Positions 52,171 through 61,616 of a DNA stretch of 64,000 nucleotides are shown here, one piece after another. The translations under genes and the position numbers were made by a program. The notes under the pieces are model-generated. The model was not told the DNA's origin and did not search any database. It saw only the letters and a list, made by a program, of their open reading frames with translations. Source of the DNA: Catajapyx aquilonaris (taxonomy: Eukaryota); the NCBI GenBank assembly GCA_000934665.2, contig KZ538814.1, positions 62,001 through 126,000 of the forward strand, given 5' to 3'. Positions within the stretch are counted from its first letter, which is position 1. The number at the start of each line of letters is the position of its first letter.

Positions 52171-52662
52171 TTTGTTTTGCTGAATTTGATAGGTCTCTAT
52201 AACTTCTAATCTGGAGACGGTAGCATTTCCAGTTTGTTAATGAAGAAAATCCGCGTCCCTATCAAAAACGTAACTTTAAAAACTCGTCAAAATTATAATT
52301 ATGATGAGAGCTTTCTGCGTGCTTTTCTTCGAGGCAATTCCCGCACTCACTTGTACGGCTGTGATTTTTTTAAACTTAGTCAGGCCTTCAAGGGATCGTC
52401 CTCTTTTCATTAGTCGCCAGAAAGAAGACACCTAAGTAATCAGGCATTGTGACATCAACGTGTTTGTTGCAAGTGACAGAGCACGTGTTGACACTCAAGT
52501 GTAAAATGACTTTTGTCGCCTCATGTTGTGACCAATTAGCGGCTGCCCTGAAGATTGTGGCATTTTTGTCTGATATATCTGATGGACGTGTAAGACAGGG
52601 CAACTTGCCAAAAAGATCTGGAACACTTATGGCACATTATAGTTATAAAGTATTTTCATCAT

Positions 52663-52909
52663 GGAGGCAGGGTGATGTATAATGTTAGCTCCACAGCCTT
52701 CCACTTCTGAAGCCCCGAGTTCGATCGCCGGATCTGGCAGAGTCTCATGTAGAAAAAGTTTAGTGGGTTCTCTCTGTGTTCGCGTGGGTTTTTGCGGTGT
52801 TCTCCCGTTTCCTTCTACAATCAAAATCCACCCCACAGCGCAGCCACTGAATAAAGTCTGGTGATTTAACGAGGATGACCTAAAAGACCACAGGTTTATC
52901 ACCCTAACC

Positions 52910-52943
<34 letters not shown>

Positions 52944-52958
52944 GTTATTGTTATTATT
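52663..52958 (+). mobile_element. tRNA-derived SINE with V-domain-like core
   Basis: B-box-like GAGTTCGATCGCC at 52717. Core TTCTCTCTGTGTTCGCGTGGGTTTTTGCGGTGTTCTCCCGTTTCCTTCTACAATCAAAA resembles the V-SINE conserved domain. (ATT)n tail. Confidence 0.8.
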
Positions 52959-53875
52959 CATATAGGCCATGTGATCAATCGTATGAGCAACCTCCTGCAT
53001 CTACCAAAATCAAAAGTAACGTTGTTCTATCAGAGTGTCTCTTGGTCAGTTGGTACACTGTAGTACAAGGTATAAATCGTTGCAATTAAGTGATATCTTG
53101 CTTACCTTATGATGACTTGTGAAATAACTTACTGATGGGACGAATAAGACTGCGCACGTGGCTGCTTGTTTCTCTGCCTCAAACTACAACACAACACGTA
53201 CTGCACACGAAGAATAGTTATGGAATCGACCAACTGTAAGATTTTTACAATATAATTGTTGGTTTCATATAATAGATTCAATAGATTGTTATTTTGAACG
53301 GCACATTCTGGCAATGCACTGATGCAATCGCTCATCTCTTCAATAATCACTGATTCGATTATGACAATTAGAAAATGAAATAACTTATGTGATGCTTTGT
53401 TCTGCGAATATTACAAAGATCAACACTAGGCCACTTACTCTTACACTGAAAACTTGGTATGTGTAAATGTAGTACACTTGGTACGGTATATATACATATA
53501 GATGCATATCAGTGCAATGTGACACGAAATATGTAAAATTATGCACTAAAGCGTGAAATGATACGCACATGTTGTGTAACAATACACATCAATATTATTG
53601 CATTAACTGTGTTGATACACCTAATGTGCATCCTTACGCTCTTCAATGCATAATTTTACACATTCAGTGCCAAATTACACAGGCAATCATTATACTGTAC
53701 TGTATATGCACCAAAGTTCTCAATGTATTTAGGGTTTCTATAGAATGTGGCCATATGATGTAGGCTATTCATTTCCATACTTTTTAAAAGAGCCTGAGAG
53801 TTAGAAATCCGTATAATGACAAGTCACTTGTCATAGAGACCTTGTTAACATCATTTCTCCCAGCGGCAAACCAAG

Positions 53876-53949
53876 TGCAAAAGGCTCCTTGTTTATGTTA
53901 GTAATATGGTTGTAACCATAATACTGACATCATCAAGGAGCCTTTTGTA
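53876..53949. repeat. Near-perfect 74-nt palindrome (hairpin)
   Basis: CAAAAGGCTCCTTGTTTATGTTAGTAATATGGTT-GT-AACCATAATACTGACATCATCAAGGAGCCTTTTG. Confidence 0.85.
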
Positions 53950-54283
53950 TGAAGCCTGTATACAACGCCTTCAGAAACTATCGTCGAAGTTGCCAGTTCC
54001 GAAAGCTCTGCTGCTGTGATGGCAAGCAGAGTATATAATTGTAGAAGGATGGGAGCAACATAATGCAGGACCGATATTTAGAAATTTATACTTGATAAGT
54101 TTTTAGAAAAACGTTGCACAAGGAGGCTGCATAGAAGTCACGATAGTCCTATGCTATTTGAATGATAACTCTATAATACCGGACACTATAATATTACTTC
54201 AATATCAGTGATTCTAAAGAAGCAATATTCTTGACATCCCAGACTTTGTATACCTAATACGGTATATCGAATTATGACAGGTG

Positions 54284-54487
54284 GCCGGCCGGTGGTGTAG
54301 GGGTTAGGGTCAGCCTTCCCCTTCTGGATAGGACAGAGGGCACTTTCTCAAGGGTTTCAATGGGGTTTCTCCGTGTTCGTGTTAGTTTTCTCTGAATTCA
54401 TCCTTTTCCTCTCACAAATCAAAATCCATCCACGAGGAGAAGAAATACGGTGATAATTAAAAGGATTCCCATGAGAGGCCACAGGCC
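54284..54487 (+). mobile_element. Degenerate copy of the V-domain-like SINE
   Basis: Shares CAGCCTTCC.CTTCTG, TTCTCCGTGTTCGTGTTAGTTTT, AATCAAAATCCA and CCACAGG with 52663-52958. No tail; it abuts a MITE. Confidence 0.65.
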
Positions 54488-54501
54488 TGGGCAACCAATT
54501 A

Positions 54502-54925
54502 GGGGAGAGGGGGGCAAGTTGAATCGCGGTGCAGGGTGAATCAAATCTAATAACAATGCATTATTTGGTAATGAAGAAATTGTCGCATGTTATATGGACA
54601 AGAGTTTTTAAAGTGTTTGTAGTGCAGGGCAGATTGAATGGGGTGTGGGGTATGTTGTACCACATGACATGACTTGACAAGATGTAAATCTCACGTTGCC
54701 CATGGGCCAGATTCCATTTATGGCCTTGGCACTTTTATTTTATGAACTTTACACTCATGTCATTGGCTAACATAGGTTTTTAGCTGGATTTATGGATTCA
54801 CTCTCCTCCTAAAGTGTTTCATCTTATCCCATGGGATGATTCACCTTGCGTCATACAATAATTCACCTCGCTTCAACGATGATTCAACGATCCTTAGAAC
54901 GTGATTCAACCTGTCCCACCAATGT
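54502..54925. mobile_element. Putative MITE with GTTGAATC/GATTCAAC subterminal repeats
   Basis: GGGGGCAAGTTGAATC at the left end is inverted with GATTCAACCTGTCCCACC (54903-54920). Several internal GATTCA motifs. Ends are approximate. Confidence 0.45.
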
Positions 54926-56559
54926 CCGTGGGCCAAGTTGAATCACTTGCAGATCTAATACAAACGTGCTGTAATATTGCTGCTGATGTAGTAATGTATT
55001 AGTTGGAGAGCTTCAACAGTGATAACAATCTGAGCAAGCAGATGAAAGTAGCCTAATTTGGGATAAAAAATGAAATACCAAAATTATTATACCTGCAGTT
55101 TTGATGGACAACCATTTATTTCTCTCTCCAGCCGCTTCCTTCCTTACCTATCCTTGGCCCCATCCAATGGTTGTACTCCACCCCCCTAATGGAGGGCCGA
55201 TTCTCCCAATGGGGTATAAATAAATAATAAATAAATAATTTCTCTCTCCAGCGTGATCTAAAGCAGGTGACCTGTCCCGATATTTATTAATCCGAAGCTT
55301 GAATTTAAGTTAATTCCCGATTGAGAATTGGAGCAATATTGGCATCCAAACCTCAATGATATAACAAATTTTTTCTAGACTATAAGATCCCTTTTCTCTG
55401 CTTTTCTCCTTGATGCATTAAAAATGATGGGTTCAAGCAACTTAAGGTTATTTTTAACAACTTCTAAAAGGTTCTGTTCAAAGGTAAATGTAAGCAGCTT
55501 AGGACGAACAAATTGTCAACTAAAACGGACACCTGCCTTAGAACTCACTGTGTAATTATCTGCGTAGGCTTAAATCCTGATTTTTTCGCTGCAAAAATGG
55601 TTTTAAAAAACTAGAACTCACATTTTAGCCAAGCGTGCGTTTAAAAATAATTGAAAGAACTTTTCTGACTGAATCATCATTATACTTTGGTAATAATAAT
55701 CGTGATGATTATAGCACAGGAAATATTACTCTGTACTTTTTAATATATCAAGTGCAAAATGATGTTTACTAAAAGGTTATAGTAAGCTTGCATTTTGAAT
55801 GCACAACGCACAAGACATTAGAAGAATCGTTGGTCGTACAGTGTTGTACCTCATTGAGAAAGTCAACGCAAACGTATAGAGAAAAGTATATTTTTATTGC
55901 GAATTATTACTCATTATCGGAGATTTCACCCGATTTGTGTCGATACAACCGACTTAAGACTTTAAATTTATGCTCCTTAAACAGTCGAAATTTTCCAGTC
56001 ACGGTTGACTGGAGATCATTATGATTGATTCACTGGGTTAGTGTAAAAAAACAGCTGCCCGTCATGTCAAACATCAAAAGTACTTTATACTGTTAAACTC
56101 TCATGTGCACTCAATAAATTTTTGATCAGGCACGTTACTGAGTCTCTTTACAGGACCTGCGGGCTTGTGAGAAAATTACAAAATGGAAATGTCCGCTGCT
56201 GCGTAGATCAGATCTCAGCATAGTTATAGGTAGGAGAAAAAAATAGGCCATAGGCCATACCAGCAGCGTGACTAATGCCCTTGCGGAAAACTTGTTGTCT
56301 ATATTGTCACGGCATTGCATTGACACCTCATGTGGCATTGCTGTGTACCCCATGAGTCATTTGTTCACATCCATTGGCAACATAGTCTTCTGAATCCTAA
56401 CAATATCTTGCACACCCTCACTTCTATAAACGAATAACCAAAATATGAATAGCGTCAATCACTCTATCAAAAGGGTTCGATAATTGCCAGTTTAAGTGTC
56501 ATACGATCTGGGCAGATTTATTCAGCTCTATTAACACCCACTAACCTGGCCTAACCTAA

Positions 56560-57330
56560 CCATCACTCCCCCTAATTTAAGGACCAACGAGTGCCCCCAA
56601 CATCTCCAGCCTGATGCCCAAAATCAGGTAAGTCCACTGAAAATACACGCTCCTGAATCGGATCGAAGTTGGCGCCAGTTGAGCAGCGCGTTCAAGTTGT
56701 CCCCACCGTCCGCCAGAGTCCACTAGTGTTGTATCCAAGCGCGGGCTCGACGCAAAGGCAGCCTGCAGACTTAGAGCAGCCGCACTCAGGCCCACACGAT
56801 CGCCCGCTCTAAAAGACACCCTCTCCCGTTTTCCCCCCAAGCCATCCTCGTGCTTCACCCAACCACCCACTATACACATACATACTCGATAGGCAGTGTC
56901 GCGTCTTTGCACTAGTATCCACCTCCTCGTGACGTCATCGCCACGCCTTCTCCATAGTGTGCTCTTTTTTATATATAATATTTTTAAGGTGTTGTGCTTT
57001 TTTAAGTGTGTTTTTTTTTAAAGGGAGGATTGACCACATGGTGTGTTGGTGTTTGGTCCGGTGCGTGGGTTTATACGGAGTGGATTGTGTTTTTTTCGGT
57101 GGTGTGATGTGAGAGAGGAAAAGAATATTTTGGGGGGTTCCAGTGCTGGCAAGATCGATCCACGGCTGCTTCTGCGGAGCAAAGATGGCGGACTGGAATT
57201 GGGGGAGGATGGAGTTTGGTGTTTTCGGGGGTGAGGGTAGGGGGTGGTTATGGGGAAGGGTGTGTGGAGGGGGTTTGAAAGGACATGGAGAGAGAATAGA
57301 GATGGTTTTAGGCAATTTTGTACTATTGTG
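56560..57330. promoter_or_regulatory. Putative, possibly bidirectional, promoter island
   Basis: CpG-rich. Perfect CRE TGACGTCA at 56930-56937, TATA-like TTTTTTATATATA at ~56965-56977, YY1 consensus AAGATGGCGG at 57182. The + strand switches from C-rich to G-rich across the centre. Confidence 0.45.
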
Positions 57331-59394
57331 CATATTAGGACATGTGAGTCAGGTGACATATGTATACATGTGCACTCGGCCATTTTTGATGAGGCGCGAT
57401 TGCGTGTTAAAACCGGACCTGTTGCTGCATATGGACACCACGTACTATACAGCTAGGTGTTTTTTTTTTAAAAAAAACGATATCAGGTAGGGGAAATTAT
57501 AAGTTTTGGTGCATAAGTCGGACGTCTTTTGATGGATGGGTTTGAAAATTGCGGATCCGAACCTAAAATTTGCGCCAAAACTTTAGGCCTATTAGCAAGT
57601 TTTAAAAAATGAGGCCAAATATATCGCTACTCTGGATTACGGTGGGCAAGAGTAGGGAGCTTAGCATAATTATTGCACTAAATTATTTGCAACCGATTAA
57701 CTGGACATGGGTACCTAACAAGGTGGGAATAATTCATGACGCATATTGGATAACCCAAAAACTGAGCAGTTATAATGACACTGAACGATCTTAAGCAGAC
57801 ATGTGCGCTTCCCAGTCGGGGGTACGATTTGGTCAAATTTAATAAGAGTCGTAATGAGCACCCCGGCGATTTTCCCAAATCAATTGTTAACTTCGGCGTG
57901 TTTCTTTAAAAAGACTTTTATGTAGGCCTCTGTCTCATTATGGTTTTTCGCGCGTAATGAGAGTTTTGCCGGAATATGAAGCGCGGATGGACTTCGAGGG
58001 AGGCAAATGAATGTGAGCCTGCACGACAGGATCCATTTTCGGAACACAGCCCCCCCCCCCGACCCCCACCCCCTAGCCCCCCTACCACTGCCCTTTCTGC
58101 TTATGCCAGTTAGTTTGCCGGACCTCCGAAATTAAGGTTGGGAGTGCCCCAGACGTGATTACGCTAGGAGCCGCATAAATGGCGTGCGAACATTGTCCCA
58201 AATTATTTGGAGAGTAGATACTCGTTTTAAATTGTGGGCATTACTGAGCGGTACTGGGTATGACAGGTTTTGTATTATGCCAGTGTGTGCCTGATTAAAA
58301 TTTGAGCCGGAGATGGGAAATAGGATGGGGATTCTATGCATGGTTATGTCGACAGGTGGTTATGTAGTCTTATGTGTATTTTTATGGTACCTCCTTGTAT
58401 GGTACTAAGATTCGAACATGTGTTGCTATTCGTATAATTCGGCCATGTTAAGTGGCAGTTGGAGAGGTGCGGTCGGCCGTTAGATCGTGTGAAATAATTT
58501 TCCGGTTTATGGACGATATGATTGTTACACGTTTTCGTTAATAGGGCGATTATGTTCCGGTTGCGTGTGGTCGGTATAGGCCTGTTGTAGATATTAATAA
58601 AAAATGGCATAGTATGACTGGTATAGATGGAAATCGCTTGATCTTTCGATATAGTATCGCAGACTTAGATGCAACAGTTCTTTCGGTTTAATACGTTGAA
58701 CTGCATTCCGCCGAATTGCATATCCAAGTTACCTTATTGTCTGGACGTATAAATTATGCCAATTCCATCCGGAATTCCATGCGGTTATGTTCTTGTATGC
58801 ATGAGTATCTTTGATACGTTATGATTTTCACATGTATTTTTTATGCGGATGATAACACCAACCACGTAACGTCGGCATTATTAGAGACTTCATGTGAAAA
58901 ATGGGAATCTCGATTCACATGGGAAGTAGACCATGTGGTCCACGATTAACTCCTCACGCTACATGAACCGGTAATTTTTATTCGCCAATTCAATCCGAGT
59001 GTTGTTTTCGCAAGGACTGTATTCGATATTCTATTAATGCGCATATGAACACATAGGCCTGCAATTCAGAAAATATTAATAACACACATATTTGGATTCT
59101 GCTTTCAATAATAAGAATCCGGGCTTGTCTTGCTTGAGTAAATGACCATACCTGCATTGCTGCCAGCAATAGATTTTCCTAAAATTTCATAGATCTAGAT
59201 ACACAGCGCGTCCCCTCTTGCGCCAGCCCTCTTTCCCATTCGCAAATATTCCATACCCAGCACCAGAAACTGAAATTGTATCGTAAAAACAAATGGCTTA
59301 TTTAACTTATATTGGTTCCCCTTATGGGCTATTAGTCGTGTACTTCTAAACTGGTGTTTCAATTCTTTTCAATTCGCGGCTAACTTTGCAGCTG

Positions 59395-59878
59395 GCTACA
59401 TTCTGCTGTTGTTAATAGTGTCATATTGCAGCCTGATGGCTGCGGAAATTAGGTCACTTCAAACTTACCACCTTCATAAATGTAAAAAAGTTTTCCCTTT
59501 AAAATACAACCTATTGTTCCGTATAACGGGCGTGTGTAACGGCCCAGAACAAAAATGACTATATGAGAGGAAAAAAAATTAATTTTTATGTGGTATGACT
59601 CGAGCTAATTTTTTCAGCTTTTGGGATGCAACAGGCACAAGCAACAACTTAGCATTAGCAGCTATTGAGATGCATTACTCCGGAAATAACTAAGCATTAG
59701 CTGCTCCCAAGTGGTCTAAGTGGAAAGGATACCTGGCTTTCACCCAGGAGGCCCGGGTTCGATTCCCGGCTTGGGAATTGTCTATAATGCTTAGTATGAT
59801 ATCATCATCATCGTCATCGCATTAGCTGCTTAATTTTTGTTGTCAATTACCGAACAAAGCCTCTTATTTATGGAACTG
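59395..59878. mobile_element. tRNA-carrying MITE, copy 2 (left TIR missing or degenerate)
   Basis: Collinear with copy 1 (GTTGTTAAT..GTCATATTGCAGCCTGAT.GCTG..GAAATTAG; ACAACTTAGCATTAG; tRNA). Right TIR ATTAGCTGCTTAATTTTTGTTG...GCCTCTT. Confidence 0.7.
59705..59777 (+). tRNA. tRNA-Glu: tRNA-Glu (anticodon TTC), one extra base in the D-loop
   Basis: Full cloverleaf with anticodon loop CTTTCAC, A-box TGGTCTAAGTGG and B-box GGTTCGATTCC. Resembles the canonical metazoan tRNA-Glu(TTC). Confidence 0.9.
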
Positions 59879-61118
59879 TATACACTTTCTTCAATAAGAG
59901 GCTTTGCTCGATAATAATCACTGGCTGGTACAACTCCGGTGATTCTTGGTCCTGTCTTGTAATGATGTAGGCTCCAGGTATTAGGACAAAGTCACCTCCC
60001 AGTCCTCTCCCAAGGCAAGAAATGTGGTGCATGAAACTGTGTATTCTTAACCGAATGATTTCTGTTGACACACTATTGGAACAAGTGGTGAAGCGCTGTT
60101 TGAATATCCTGTTGAATTTTCAAGTAATATAACCTAACCTTCTTCAATATCCACCAAAACTATATGAAGTTTGATGCAGGCTTACTAAGCACTTAGGCGG
60201 AACCTTGCACATACTCTCAGGATCATAGTAGGGGCCTGAGAAATCAACACTTATGGACCAATAATTATGATTAGAAAATATTGCCGATCATGGGATATTT
60301 TATGAATAACAATATTCGTCAATATGTCACTCTTCATTTCGATATCAATTTGTCAATTGCAGACTGCGCAACTCCTTACACCTGACTACCAAGGTTATTC
60401 GCAAAAGTCTTTCACATACAAAATTGCTTCCGTGGCTCTAGCGCACCGGAACGTCCCGACGCCATATGTCGATATTTGACTCCGGATATGATTCTGGGAA
60501 CCTATGTAAGAGCGAAAGGCTTTTCCCCGAATCCAACTCTTGAAAATGCATGCTTACAAAATATATTCAGTTTTTTTTTTTACCTTCTTGAAGAAGCTTT
60601 TTTGCTCCAACATCCCCTGCATGCAGTACTTGTCTTGCACTGCCGCTTTTTTCCGCGTGCCTAACTAGGTCTGAAACCCGCTACCGGTAATAGGATACAA
60701 ATCTATAAGAAAGTCTTATTAGAGAGTCGAAACATGAGATTCGTAGCCTTCGTTATATATACTGAAGCAAACGATATTAGTGCACATCGATCCTTTGCCT
60801 ACGTCCTTAACTATGATGTGATGTGAATAGTCTACAATTCTACATGAATATATGGAATAAAAAGGCTTTTTATCAATCCTGTTTATCCCGCTCCTCATCT
60901 CATCTGAATTGATCCTCTATATTCACTCCATTATTGATGTCATTACGCTCCAGTCATTTTCGTCACCGCACTTGGCCAATTACTTTCTGATCAACATCAA
61001 TACAGGTCTACTAGTTTATGACGGCCCTCATGTTTTAAATCGCATGTTAGGGCACGTGCCTACTCTAGGGCTAGTTAAAGCTGCACAGTGTTGATGTCGA
61101 GGCAATATTGGATGTATA

Positions 61119-61616
61119 CACTGGTATAGAAAAAGAGAGCCATTTTTGGTAACTAATAGGAGATAATAGAACAGATGTTATTTGCGGCATATTGCAACTC
61201 CATATAGCTGCTGAAATTAGCTTGCTCATAATTTACCTCGTTTGTGCATATAAATTCTTCCCGTTGAAATACAACCAATTTGGTGTAGGCCTATTAAGCG
61301 CCAGTGTCCCGTCTAATGGGCGTATGGATTAGCCGCGGGCACAACAATGACCGCCGGAGAAGCTGATTTCCATGGAATAGTGATGCGAGCTAATCTCAGT
61401 AGCTATTGGGTTATAGTATACTACAAATAACAGCTTTTAGGAATAGTTGCTCCCAAGTGGTCTAGTGGCTAGGATACCTGGTTTTCACCCAGGAGACCCG
61501 GGTTCGATTCCCGGCTTGGGAACATTTCCTCATGCTGTGGTTGTTATCGTCGTCGATTTAGCTACTTATTATCTGTTACTAGTTACCAAATAATCCACCT
61601 CCTTTTCATAGCAGTG
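61119..61616. mobile_element. tRNA-carrying MITE, copy 3
   Basis: TA|CACTGGTATAGAAAAAGAG...TTTGGTAACTAA at the left end and TAGTTACCAAA...CCTTTTCATAGCAGTG|TG at the right end. Internal ~50 bp stem at 61177-61229 / 61383-61431. Confidence 0.8.
61451..61522 (+). tRNA. tRNA-Glu: tRNA-Glu (anticodon TTC)
   Basis: TCCCAAGTGGTCTAGTGGCTAGGATACCTGGTTTTCACCCAGGAGACCCGGGTTCGATTCCCGGCTTGGGAA: 72 nt, all four stems intact, anticodon loop TTTTCAC. Confidence 0.93.

Noticed and set aside
50126..61522. Interpreting the three tRNAs as ordinary SINE heads
   Set aside because: They are full length with intact acceptor stems. The shared sequence lies mostly upstream of the tRNA and is bounded by inverted repeats, unlike a SINE body.
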